This document shows, piece after piece, positions 13,246-29,861 of a stretch of 64,000 nucleotides of DNA (within the stretch, counting starts at the first letter, position 1; every line of letters starts with the position of its first letter). The translations under genes were made by a program, and so were the position numbers. Source of the stretch: the human T2T-CHM13v2.0 reference genome, Homo sapiens. The DNA is taken from the NCBI RefSeq assembly GCF_009914755.1, contig NC_060930.1, one strand, 5' to 3'. The notes below the pieces were generated by a model that saw nothing but the letters and a program-made list of their open reading frames with translations, was not told the DNA's origin and searched no databases.

Positions 13246-14495
13246 TGAGAGGTGACAGTGTGCTGGCAGTCCTCACAGCCCTCACTCACTCTTGGCGCCT
13301 CCTCGGCCTCAGCATCCACTCTGGCCACGCTTGAGGAGCCCTTCAGCCTGCCGCTGTGCTGTCGGAGCCCCTTCCTGGGATGGCCAAGGCTGAAGCCAGC
13401 TCCCTCAGCTTGCAGGGAGGTGTGGAGGGAGAGGCATGGGTAGGAACCGTGGCTGCGTGCAGCTCTTGTGGGCCAGCACGAGTTCCGGATGGGTGTGGGC
13501 TCCGTGGGCCCTGCACTCAGAGCAGCCGGCTGGCCCTGCCGGCCCCGGGCAGTGAAGGGCTTAGCACCCAGGCCAGCAGCTGCAGAGGGTGTGCCAGGTA
13601 CCCCAGCAGTGCCCGCCCACTGGCGTTGTGCTCAATTTCTTGCCAGGCCTTAGCTGCCTCCCCACAGGGCAGGGCTTGGGACTTGCAGCCCACCATGCCT
13701 GAGCCTCCTGCCCCGCGCCATGGGCTCCTGCATGGCCTGAGCCTCCCCGATGAGTGCCGCCCCCTGCTCCATGGTGCCTAGTCCCATTGACCACCCAAGG
13801 GCTGAGGAGTGCAGGCACAAGGCGCAGGACTGCCAGGCAGCTCCACCTGCAGCCCCGGTGCGGGATCCACTGGGTGAAGCCAGCTGGGCTCCTGAGTCTA
13901 GTGGGGACTTGGAGAACCTTTATGTCCAGCTAAGGGATTGTGAATACACCAATCAGCAATCTGTGTCTAGCTCAGGGTTTGTAAACACACCAATCAGCAC
14001 TCTGTATCTAGCTAATCTAGTGAGGACTTGGAACACTTTTGTGTCTAGCTCGGGGATTGTAAACGCACCAATCAGCACCCTGTCAAAACAGGCCAATCAG
14101 CTCTCTGTAAAAGGGACCAATCAGCAGGATGTGGATGGGGCCAGATAAGGGAATAAAAGCAGGCTGCCCCAGCCAGCAGTGGCAACCCACTAGGGTCCCC
14201 TTCCACACTATGGAAGGTGTGTTCTTTTGCTCTTTGTAATAAACCTTGCTGCTGCTCACTCTTTGGGTCCGCACTGCCTTTATGAGCAGTAACACTCACT
14301 GCAAAGGTCTGCAGCTTCACTCCTGAGCCAGCAAGACCACGAACCCACCAGAAGGAAGAAACTCCGAACTTATCCGAACAACAGAAGGAACAAACTCCGG
14401 ACATGCCACCTTTAAGAACTGTACCAGTCACCACGAGGGTCCGTGGCTTCATTCTTGAAGTCGGTGAGACCAAGAACCCACCAATTCTGGACACA
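13246..14495 (+). mobile_element. ERV9 solo LTR12 (long C/D/E type)
   Basis: tgagaggtgacagtgtgctggcagtcctc...ccaattctggacaca; 4-bp TSD caag/ccag; L1 5'UTR is continuous across it (gaggcacccccc|agcaggggcagactgacacc). Confidence 0.97.
13945..14160 (+). promoter_or_regulatory. LTR12 U3 enhancer/promoter: CCAAT (NF-Y) repeats, GATA box, TATA-like box
   Basis: Five ccaatcagc motifs, agataa at 14143-14148, aataaaa at 14152-14158. Confidence 0.7.
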
Positions 14496-14789
14496 CCAGC
14501 AGGGGCAGACTGACACCTCACATGCCCCAGTACCCCTCTGAGATAAAGTTTCCAGAGGAGCGATCAGGCAGCAGCATTTGCTCTTCAGCAATAATCGCTG
14601 CTCTGCAGCCTCTGCTGCTGATACCCAGGAAAACAGGGTCTGGAGTGGATCTCCAGCAAACTCCAACAGACTTGCAGCTGAGGGTCCTCACTGTTAGAAG
14701 GAAAACTAACAAACGGAAAGGATATCCACACCAAAAGCTCATCTGTATGTCACCATCATAAAAGACAAAAGGTAGATAAAATCACAAAG

Positions 14790-15806
14790 ATGGGGAAAAA
14801 ACAGAGCAGAAAAGCTGAAAATTCTAAAAATCAGAGTGCCTCTTCTCCTCCAAAGGAACACAGCTCCTTGCCAGAAACTGAACAAAGCTGTACGGAGAAT
14901 GACTTTGACATGTTGAGAGAAGAAGGCTTCAGATGATCGAACTTCTCCGAGCTAAAGTAGGAAGTTTGAACCCATCGCAAAGAAGCTAAAAACCTTGAAA
15001 AAAGATTAGACGAATGGCTAACTAGAATAACCAGTGTAGAGAAGTCCTTAAATGACCTGATGGAGCTGAAAACCATGGCATGGGAACTACATGACAAATG
15101 CACAAGCTTCATTAGCCAATTCAATCAACTGGAAAAAAGGGTATCAGTGATTGAAGATCAAAGGAATGAAATGAAGTGAGAAGAGAAGTTTAGAGAAAGA
15201 AGAGTAAAAAGAAATGAACAAAGCCTCCAAGAAATATGGGACTATGTGAAAAGACCAAACCTACGTCTGATTGGTGTACCTGAAAGTGACAGGGAGAATG
15301 AAACCAAGTTGGAAAACATTCTGCAGGATATTATCCAGGAGAACTTCCCCAATCTAGCAAGACAGGCCAACATTCAAATTCAGGAAATACAGAGAACGCT
15401 GCAAAGATACTCCTCGAGAAGAGCAACTCCAAGACACATAATTGTCAGATTCACCAAAATTGGAATGAAGGAAAAAATGTTAAGGGCAGCCAGAGAGAAA
15501 GGTCGGGTTGCCCATAAAAGGAAGCCCATCAGACTAACAGCAGATCTCTTGGCAGAAACTCTACAAGCCAGAAGAGAGTGGGGGCCGATATTTAACTTTC
15601 TTAAAGAAAAGAATTTTTAACCCAGAATTTCATATCCAGCCAAACTAAGCTTCATAAGTGAAGGAGAAATAAAACCCTTTACAGACAAGCAAATGCTGAG
15701 AGATTTTGTCACCACCAGGCCTGCTCTATAAGAGCTCCTGAAGGAAGCACTAAACATGGAAAGGAAAAACCGGTACCAGCCACTGCAAAAACATGCCAAA
15801 TTGTAA
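14790..15806 (+). pseudogene. L1 ORF1p, disrupted by premature stops
   Basis: atggggaaaaaacagagcaga...aaattgtaa, 1017 nt; peptide KRPNLRLIGVPESD...ARREWGPIF; several in-frame TGA/TAG/TAA. Confidence 0.95.
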
Positions 15807-15869
15807 TGGCCATTGAGGCTAGGAAGAAACTGCATCAAGTAAAGAGCAAAATAACCAGCTAACATCATA

Positions 15870-19688
<3,819 letters not shown>

Positions 19689-19921
19689 ACAATGAGAACA
19701 CATGGACACAGGAAGAGGAACATCACACACCAGGGCCTGTTGTGGGGTGGGGGGAGGGGGAGGGATAGCATTAGGAGATAAACCTAATGTAAATGTCGAG
19801 TTAATGGGTGCAGCACACCAACATGGCACATGTATACATATGTAACAAACCTGCACGTTGTGCACATGTACCCTAGAACTTAAAGTACAATTAAAAAAAG
19901 AAAAGAAAAAAGTATCTACTT

Positions 19922-20830
19922 ATATTTTATCATAAGATATACAATAATAGTATAATAGTATATAGTAGTATATATTATATATTAATATAATATATATAGT
20001 ATATAGTATGATATATTATATAATATATACTTACGTATTATATACAATTATATATTATTTTATATTATATAAAATAATTATGTTATAGTATATATTTATA
20101 ATTTATGTATTACACACCATTATATATTTAATATATAATATACTTATGTATATTATATATCTTATTAATATATAATATGTGATATTAATATATGATATAT
20201 AATAGTATATATTAGTATTATATTACTATCTATATTATTTTTACTTCCCAAGCCCTACTTCTATGTATAGACCTTTTGGTCTGTGGCTTTATTTTCTACT
20301 TACTGTGGTCTCATGAATTTCAAATTCTAACATTGTTTTCTGTCTCTCTCTCAATCATTTGTTATATTATTAGTAGCATAAAATATTTATACCATATAAT
20401 ATTATACTACATACTAATATATATGCTATTATATTATATATCAATGCAATATCCATAATATAAATGTTATAATATGATATCTATAAATAATATACTATAT
20501 GTTATAGATATATTATTATATTATAATACTCATAATATTAATGATATATATGAAATATATAATATAATATCATTATTGTATCATTATTAATGACATACTA
20601 AAATATAACTTTTAATATACAATGATATATAATACTAATTAGATATTGTAATAATAGTATATAATATTATCATATTAGAAATAATTATGTAATTATAAAC
20701 AGATAAATATATATAATATAATAATATACATTATATTTTATTTAATAAATATAAAAAATAATTAGATAGTATAGTATACTACTATACTATACTATATATT
20801 ATTATATTATATTGTAATATAATATAAATG
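19922..20830. repeat. AT-rich low-complexity (TA)n-like tract with an embedded unique segment
   Basis: About 900 bp of degenerate tata/taata repeats. Confidence 0.9.
20236..20361 (+). repeat. Local direct copy of 10669-10785
   Basis: acttcccaagccc(c/t)acttctatgtatagacct...ggtctcatga...ttcaaattct...tctctctcaatcatttg in both places. Confidence 0.9.
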
Positions 20831-21832
20831 CAGCTCATTGTAGGCAACAACCAAAATAACACTGAACATATAGATATTTGTTTCAACTTCTTGGTTCAGT
20901 ACTTTACATAAGTTGCAAATAGGAATGGTACTCTGATGTGTTCCACACCACTACTAAGAATTATAAGCAAATCATACCATAATAAAAAATACCTTTATGA
21001 AATATATAAAATATGTAATCATTTCACATTAAATCTAAGAAGTCTATCTATCTTTCATAGTTTTGTGAAATATATTCTTATATATCTCACAAAGTCTGAA
21101 ACTATGATCTGGGAAGAAAATAAAATTGTATTTATATAAAGAGCTACAGCTCCTAAAATAGTCTAAATTTGTAGAGCTACATCCTTACTATGTATTTCAA
21201 ATATATTTACGTTAAAAATGATACTCATTTTACTTTAAGGAATAACTTATGTTCCATTCACTCTGGAACTTAAAGCAGGAAATTATGAAGAAATTACTCT
21301 AGTGGGGTGGATACTTTCATTTTAGAGTAGTTACATGCTCTAAAATAGAAGTTTCTGTGGTTATTTACTCCTTGGACCAAGTTATGTGTGCATAGGAAGC
21401 TATTCCCTAATTTGAACCTGTCATAGGCCAAGGTGACAGTTCACTAATGATAATCTCTTGTTATTTAAAATTCACCTAATTTATTTTAGTGCCCATACCT
21501 TCCAAGTTCTCCATTTCTTAAAATTAAATCAATTTTCTCTCTTCTACCCTGATCATTCCAATCCACCAAAATGATTCTTCATGGAGGTGGTGAAGTAAGA
21601 GAGTTTTTCATGTTAACAGAATTTCATTTTTTCCTTTTCATAGAATTTTTCAGACTGAATCTTCTAAGAATTCTGGCTTCTTTTACAAAATGAGAAATGT
21701 TTGAATTATGGCAAGTTAATGACAATTAAGTTTAAAGTTACCTTTGTCTGAAAACCTTTGCTTTAAAGCATTTCAAGATCTCAGATTTACAGAATTCAAG
21801 TGACAATTTTAAGCACTGGCTCAAGGTATGAA

Positions 21833-21920
21833 CCCATTTATGCCTAGTGTTACGTTATTGGAACACTAAGCTTGTGGGAGTTATTTATATACTACGGCTC
21901 AAGGTTATCGTTAAGCTCAT
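21833..21920 (+). mobile_element. MER85-like piggyBac MITE, 5' part only
   Basis: cccatttatgcctagtgttacgttattggaacactaagcttgtgggagttatttatat...gctcaaggt; preceded by tgaa (decayed TTAA); no right TIR seen. Confidence 0.8.
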
Positions 21921-24021
21921 TTTTTTTATTGTTTATCCAGATGGCATAGAGATACAGTGGATAGATAGATAGTTTATAGAGATGAACATATATGAATATT
22001 CAGACACTAATCAATTCATATTCATATATTCATTCCATTATCTTGGCTTCAATATAAATATATATGTTTTTATATATTATGATAATCCACAAAAAATAAA
22101 TTTTCCACTAATAAGAATATTTAAAGTCTATTGCAATAATGCTTTACAAAAAGGTCATAAAAGTTTTGAGGCAATAATAATGTGTTGAGATTGATGCACA
22201 AATTTCGAAAGGGAAAGCTTTTAAGTATGACAGCACTCATAATTTCTGCTATGTTTATAAAATTGATTTCATTCAAGACTTGATGATAGACATTTTAAGG
22301 ACCCAGGGGTGCCTTCTGAAAGCTGTAATTCAACAGTGCCAGGCTAAAAGTACTCAACTGACTTGTCAAATACAACTTGCCCTGCTGTAATTGCTATCAT
22401 TATGACATAAATCAGTATGACCAAAAACAATTTACATTAGTTGGTTACATTTGGAAAGGACACAGGAATTATGGATAACAGCAGTAACTGTGAATATCCC
22501 TATAAAAACTTACATTATGGCTTCTTCCCCTATCCAATAAAATGGAAATGACTGGCTTTTGCATTTCAACTGTTATACAAAAGCAATTCCTGGCTGTTAG
22601 CAACCAGCTGGTAATGGCATTTTTCTATTTTGTGACATAATATAGTTTAATTTTAGAATAATAATTATGTTTTATGTCACTTTTCACCATTAGTTTTTCC
22701 CTCTGGCCCTCTTCAATCCAGGTAATTCTTATGTAAAAATCTACTTAAAATAATGGCTTACTATGTAAAACATAAATGTAATATTATTTACATGCTATAG
22801 AACATTAATCATTATTAATAATTATTAATTAACTATATTAATTGTTAAGACAAAGTAACCTCATATTAGAAAAAAAATTGCCTTTTTTGAATTGATTTTG
22901 TTCTATGTAAATTTTACAATAATTATATTATTCCAAATACAGAAAGCTTTAGATGTCTTTGATATATTATGTCTTCCTTCATTTAATATTTGGCTTCAAA
23001 TTCCAGGTCTGTCCTAGAACACAGGACCTAGCAATAGAGTTCACTGTTTTTGCCTCTACATATAACTTAAAATATCTGAGTCAGCTAGATAAAAATAATA
23101 ATTTATTTTTAAAGTTTTATTTTATTTTTGATTTATACATAATAATTGTACATATTTATGGGTTACATTGTGATGTTTTGATATATGTATACATTTTGTA
23201 ATGATTAATCAGGGTATTTAGCTTATCTATCATCTCCAACATTTATTATTCTTTGTGATGAAAACATTCAAAAATACTTTCTTCTAGTTATTTTGAAATA
23301 TACAATACAATATTATATATTTCAGAATGCCGAAAGTTATTTATCCTATCTAAATGTAACTTTGCACTTTTTGACCAATCTCTCTCCATCTTTCTCTTTC
23401 TAGACTCTAATAAACACTATTCTACTCTGAATTTCTGTGAAATCAACTATTTCAGATTGTGCAAATGAATGAGAACATGTCGCATTTGTCTTTCTACACC
23501 TGGCTTAGTTCATTTGACATAATGTCAGCCAGGTTCATCGGATTTTGGAAATCAAAGGATTTCTTTCTTTTTTAAGGCTAAATGGTATTCCACTGTGTAA
23601 AAATACCACATTTTCAAAAATTGATTTATCCATGATGAACTCTTAGGTTGATTTCATATCTTCGCTACTGTGAATACTACTGGAATAAACATGAGAATGT
23701 AGATATCGCTTCGACATACTGGTTTCATTTTCTTCGGATAAATAAAACTAGTAGTGGGATTGCCAGATTATATGCTAGTTTCATTTGTAATTTTTTGAGG
23801 TTCCTCCAGACTTTTTTTTTCATAAAGTTTCTACTAATGTAAATTTCTACCAACACTGTAGAAGGGTACCTATTTCTCCTCATCCACATCCATGCCTATT
23901 AAAAAGACAGTCAATAGCATGTATTGTTACTTTGGTAATAGCCATTCTGAAAAGTGTGAGGGGATATATCATTGTGATTTTGATTTGCTTTTCCCTGATG
24001 ATTAGTAATGTTTTTTGTATA

Positions 24022-26370
24022 CAAGCATACTTTGGAGGTATTGTGGATTCAGTTCTAGACAACTGCAATAAACCAAATATGGCAATAAAGTGAATCAACA
24101 ATTTTTTTTGGTTTTCCAGTGAATATAAAACTTTTGTTTACACTATATTGCACTCTATTAACTGTATGATAGCATTATGTCTTTAAAACTGTACATGCCA
24201 TAATTTAAAAATACTTATTTGCTAAAACATGCTAATGATCATTTGAACCTTCAGTTAGTCATAATCTTTTTGCTGGTGGAGGATCTTGCCTCTATGTTGA
24301 TGGCTTCTGACTGATCAGGGTGATGATTTCTGAAGTTGAGGTGGCTGTGGCAGTTTCTTAAGATAATAATGAAGTTTGCCAAATTTATTGACTCTTTCTT
24401 TCACAAAAAAAATTCTTAGCATCTGATGCTGTTTGATGGCATTTTACTCACAGTAGAACTTCTTTCAAAATTGGAGTCAGTCTTCTCAAACCCCGCTGCT
24501 GCTTTATGAACTAAGACTATAGAATACTCTAAAACCTTTCTCATCATCTCAATAATGTTCACAGCATCTTCACCAAGAGTGGATTCCATCTCAAGATACA
24601 TTTCTTTGCTTATCCATAAAAAGCAACTCTTCATTCATTCAATTTAGTTATGAGATTCCCATAATTCAGTCACATCTTTAGGCTTCACTTTTAGTTGTCT
24701 TGCTATTTGTATCACATCTACAGTAACTTCCTACACTGATATCTTGAACCCCTCAAAGTCATCCATGAGGGTTGGAATCAACTTCCAAAATCCTGCTAAA
24801 ATCAATGTTTTAACTTATTTCCATGAATCACCAGTGTTCTTAATGGTACCTAGAATGATAAATCCTTTCCAGAGTTTTTCAATTTACTTCATCCACATCC
24901 ATCAGAAGAATTACTATCTGTGACAGTGATATCCTTAATGAAACATATTCAAAATTACTCCTTGATTCACAGGCTGCAGAATGGATCTTGAGTTAACATA
25001 TATAAAAACAGCATTAATCTCCTTGCATATCTTCATAACTGGAGCGCTGGGGTGACCAGGTTCACTGTTAGTGAGCAGTAATATTTTGAAAGGTATTCTT
25101 TTTTTCTGAGCAGTGGGTCTTGACAATGAACTTAAAATATTCAGTAAACCATGCTGTAAACAAACATGCTGTCACACAGGCTTTGTTCCATTTTTAGCTA
25201 ATAGGTAGAGTAGATTTAGTATAATTCTTAAGGGTCCTAGAATTTATGGAATGGCAAATCCACATTGGTTTTATCCTAAAGTCACCAGCTGCATTAGCCT
25301 ATAACAAGAGAGTCAGCCTGTCATTTGAAGCTTTGAAACCAGGCATTGAATTCACCTTTCTAGCTGTGAAAGTCTTAGATGGCATCTTTTTCAATATAAA
25401 GCTCTTTCATCTACATTGAATCTTTTGTTTAGTGGACCTACCTTCATTAAATATCTTAGGTAGAGCTTCTGGATAACTTGCTACAGATTTTATATCTGCA
25501 CTTGCTGCTTCATCTTTCGTTTTTATGTTATAAAGACAGCTTCTTTCCTTAAACCTCATGAACCAACTTCTGTTGGTTTCAGACTTTTCTTCTGTAGCTT
25601 CCTCACTTTGCTCAGCCTTCAGAGAATTGAAGACAGTTAGGATCTTGCTCTGAATTAGGCTTTGACTTATGGAAATGTTGTAGCTGGTTTGATCTCCTAC
25701 CCAAACCACTCAGACTTTCTCCATGTCATCAATAAGGCTGTTTTACTTTCTTATCATTCACGTGTTCACTGAAGTAGCATTTTTGTTTTCCATCAAGAAC
25801 TTTTCTTTGGCATTCACAGCTTGCCTAGCTGACACAAGATGCCTAGTATTTGGCCTTTTTCCATTTTCAACAAGCCTTCCTCACTAAGCTTTATCATTCC
25901 TTGATTTTGATGTAAAGTGAAAACCGTGTGACTCTTCTTTTCACTCTTGAACACTTAGAGGACATTGCAGGGTTATTAATTTGCCTAATTTCAATATTGT
26001 TGTGTCTCAGAGAATAGGGAGGCCCAAGGAGAGATAGAGAGACAAAGAAGCACTCAATCAGTGGAGTAGTCAAAACACACAAAATATTTATTGAATAATT
26101 TTGTCATCCAATATGTATATGGTTAGTGGCACCCCAATACAATTACAACATTAACATTGAAGATCACTGATCACTATAACAGATAAAGCAATAATTTTTT
26201 AAAGTTTTAAATATTGTGAGAATTATCAAAATGTGACGTAGAGATACAAAGTGAGTGCACCCTCTTGGAAAAAATGGTGTCCAAAGACTTGCTTATTGCA
26301 GAGCTAACAAGAAAATTCAATTAGTAAAAAATGCAATATCTGTGAAATGCAGTTAAACAAGGTGGGCCTC
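24022..26370 (-). mobile_element. Tigger1 DNA transposon, full length, decayed transposase
   Basis: TIR remnants caagcatactttggaggtattg / aaacaaggtgggcctc, TA TSDs; minus peptides SQSLIQSK...SWFMRFKER...EAASAD and FKILLL...PGHP...ILQPVNQGVI. Confidence 0.95.
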
Positions 26371-27219
26371 TACCTATTGGCCATTTGTATATCTTCTCTT
26401 GAGTAATGTATTTAGATCTTTTGTCCACTTTTTATCAGATAATGATGATGATGATTATTATTATTATTTTATTATTGAGTTGTTTGAGTTCCTTATATAT
26501 TCTGGATTTTAACCCTCCATCAGATGCATGGTTTGAAAATATTTTTTCCATTCTGTGTGTTGCTCCACTTTGTTGATTATTTCCTCTGTCATGCAGAAGC
26601 TTTTTGGTTTGATTCCATTTGTCTATTTTTGCTTCTGTTACCTGTGCTTTTGAGTTCTTACCCAAAAATTTCTTGCCTAGAACAACGTTATGAAGCATTT
26701 CCCCTAAATTTTCTTCTAATACTTTTATTGTTTCAGGTCTCACATTTAAGTTTAATCCATTTTGAATTGATTTTTGCATAAGGTGAGAGGTGAGCATCTA
26801 GTTTCATTTTCTGCATGTGGATTACCAGTTTTCTTTCCCAGCACCATTTATTGGAGAGACTTTTTCCTTAGTGTATGTTCTTGGTGCCTTTGTTAAAAAT
26901 CAGTTGGTTTTAAATGTGTGGATTTATCTCAGTTTTCTCTATTCTGTTCCATTGGTATGTGTGATTGTTTTTATGCCAGTGCTATGCTGTTTGGTTACTA
27001 TAGCTTTATAGTGTATTTTGAAGTCAGGTAGTGTGCAACTTCCAGCTTTGTTCATTTTGCTCATGGTTTCTGTGTATAAAAACACAAGCTCAGGAAATGC
27101 ACTGATGTTGGTATTGTCCCTATAAAGATCATACAGTTAGTCAAAGTTCTTTTCAAAGCATTATGAAAAACCAAGCTGCTTTTTTTTGTATTTTTTTTCT
27201 ATCCAGATGATATTTGTAG

Positions 27220-27322
27220 TTTTTCTTTTAATTTTTTTTTAAGTTCCAGGGTAAATGTGCAAGATGTGCAGGTTTGTTACGTAGGTAAACATGTGCCATA
27301 GTAGTTTGCTGCACCTATCAAC
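27220..27322 (-). mobile_element. Short L1PA (PA8-PA13-like) 3' end
   Basis: T-run + aagttccagggtaaatgtgcaagatgtgcaggtttgttac...gctgcacctatcaac. Confidence 0.85.
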
Positions 27323-28717
27323 TTTTTACTTATTTTTCTTCTACTGCTAATTTTGAGCTCAGTTAGTTGGATTTTTTCTTGCTAATTCCTTAAGATACAA
27401 TATTAGGTGGTCTATTTGAGATCTTTCTAATTTTTATTTATTGCTATAAACTCCCCTTTTTGAAGTGCTTTTGCTGTATCCCATAGGTTTTAGTATGTTG
27501 TGTTTCCATTTTTATCTATCTCAAAAAATTTTTAATTCCTTTTCTAATTTATTTATTTCCCCATGTCATGCAGAAGTATGTTGTTTTGTTTCTATAAATT
27601 TTATAATTTCTAAAGTTCTTCCTTTTATTGGTTTCTAGTTTTATTCCAATATGGTCAGAGGAGGTATTTGATATAATCTTGATTTTACACTTGTGTAGAT
27701 TTTCACCTTCCCTCTTTCAAGAGAGCATAAACTCTGGACTAGTGCCTGACTGTTTCCACTCATTGTCTGGGAACTTTAGGTGGTTGTTTTCACTGTATGT
27801 CCAAGCTTTATTGTGTGTGAGATGGGGAATGATGGGAAATCGTCCTGTAGTATCTTAGTCTTTTACACACAGAAGTTTGAGGAAGGCCAGGAAGTTGTAA
27901 ATGAATTCTTAGATATTTTACTGGCAAGAAGCCTACTTTAGAACAATATATTTCTTATTTCTCTCCTTGTAATACCTAACCATCATTGTCCATAATCAGT
28001 AAATATTTGCTGATAAATTCAATTGGATCAATAGATTTTAGAAAGGCAAAAGAGAGAAAAAAGGGTAATTAAACACTTTATGCCCCAATGTAATGTGTGG
28101 ATAGTCAAAATTTATCTGTATTGTTAATGTATCCTCTATCTCACTTTTTCTATGAAAACACATTGTAAGATATATTTCAGCAAGTCACTGATACCTTCGA
28201 GGGAAGTGAGCAGACTCCAGAAAGTTTAAGAGAAATAAATAAAGTTTGAGAGAAAAGTAGAATAAAATGTGGGGTGAAATATGCTGTTCTGTAATTTATC
28301 ACCTCTGATCATGGACTATCTCATAATCATAAGTGTAAAGGCAGGTTTTGAATTTTTCTCGAGTCAGGCTAGCCTCTTTCATTGAGATTTTTAATAACTG
28401 TTCAGCACCTGCCTGCTGCATGATATTTTTCAATGCAGGATCCCATTGGATGAAGGAAATGATTTAACTATGCAGTGTCCTGGTCCTTTGGCAGTTGTTC
28501 CACGGCAGCTCTGCTGTGTGAGAGACTACAGAGACGTCTGATACTCTAACCACAAAGCTTGCACATTTAACTCTAGGAAAGTTTAGGGCCTCTGCTCTTA
28601 AACCATAAAGAATACTAAAAACAAAAGAAGCAATCCATCTTTAATCAATAAACTTAACTTCTAAGAATCCCTGTCATATTAGAAAGATTATAAAATGAAC
28701 AGAAACTTTAAAATATT

Positions 28718-29021
28718 GAAACCATCATTCTCAGCAAACTATTGCAAGGACAAAAAACCAAACACTGCATGTTCTCACTCATAGGTGGGAATTGAACAAT
28801 GAGAACACACGGACACAGGAAGGGGAACATCACATACAGGGGCCTGTTGTGGGATGGGGGGAGTGGGGAGAGATAGCATTAGGAGATATACCTAATGTTA
28901 AATGACGAGTTAATGGGTGCAGCACACCAACATGGCACATGTATACATATGTAACAAACCTGCACGTTGTGCACATGTACCCTAAAACTTAAAATATAAT
29001 TAAAAAAAAAATTAAAAAAAG
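28718..29021 (+). mobile_element. 5'-truncated L1PA4-like 3' end
   Basis: gaaaccatcattctcagc...cctaatgttaaatgacgag...ccctaaaacttaaa + A tail; TSD approximately aaaa(c)tattgaa. Confidence 0.95.
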
Positions 29022-29589
29022 AAAAACTATTGAATGCATTTAAACAGTTCGGTTTTGTACTAGACTGCTACTGTTCAATTAAGTTCTGCAAGCTTTTTGT
29101 ATCTTATAGTAAATAAACAGTAATGTTTTGCATACACTAGATAGTATTATAATTAAAAACATATGTTTAGTTTTTTCAGGGCCATGTTGAGAAAACACAT
29201 TCCACATAGATCATTTTCTAATTCCATCTCAAATTTTCACACTAAGCAAATAAGGAAGGTATAAAACACCTTTCAAAACACATTTTCTCACAATCAGAAA
29301 TAAAAATATTCATATTTTTTCTGCGGACAATAAGTTTAACTCCAACTTCAATTGAATCAGTTTTTGAAAGCTTTTGTTCATGAAATACGCACTCTAAAAC
29401 TTGAAGATAAATCTTTGGACATATTTTAAGTTATCTAAATACAGATATTAAGTGGGCATTTGCAGTTGTTTCTTTCTGAATATATTTGGCATACTTAATG
29501 ATAGTCAATAATAACCAGCTACAAAGGAAGTATATTCATCATTAACAGTTAAGTCTACAGTCACGGAAAAAAAAATAAATAATATATAT

Positions 29590-29861
29590 ATTTTTTGAGA
29601 CAGTGTCTTGCTCTGTCACCCAGGATGGAGTGCAGTGGTGTGATCTCGGCTCACTGCAACCTTCACCTCCGGGTTCAAGCAATCCTCCTACCTCAGCCTC
29701 CCTGGTCTCTGGGATTACAGGCATGCACCACCACAGCCAGTGAAGTTTTGTATTTTTAGTAGAGATGAGGTTTTGCCATGTTGACCAGGCTGGTTCTAAA
29801 CTCCTGACCTCAAGCAATGCACCCTCCTCGGCCTCCCAAAGTGCTGAGATTATGGACGTGA
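29590..29861 (-). mobile_element. AluJ-like, slightly 5' truncated
   Basis: gcaatcctcctacctcagcc and ctcaagcaat diagnostic positions. Confidence 0.9.

Larger units (their letters stand above)
23105..27690 (-). mobile_element. L1MA-type 3' portion, split by Tigger1 and a later L1PA fragment
   Basis: tgtacatatttatgggttaca 3' end; L1 reads through the Tigger site (ttttttgtata|cctattggccatttgtat); minus ORF 26435-26797 [17 protein letters not shown]. Confidence 0.85.

Noticed and set aside
13945-14130. Regularly spaced ccaatcagc repeats (also 55190-55370) resembling a repeat-spacer array
   Set aside because: These are the standard LTR12 U3 tandem repeats, not CRISPR-like; the spacers are homologous to each other.
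12613-14761. Dense overlapping 60-149 aa ORFs on both strands
   Set aside because: They are incidental open frames of the GC-rich L1 5'UTR and LTR12.
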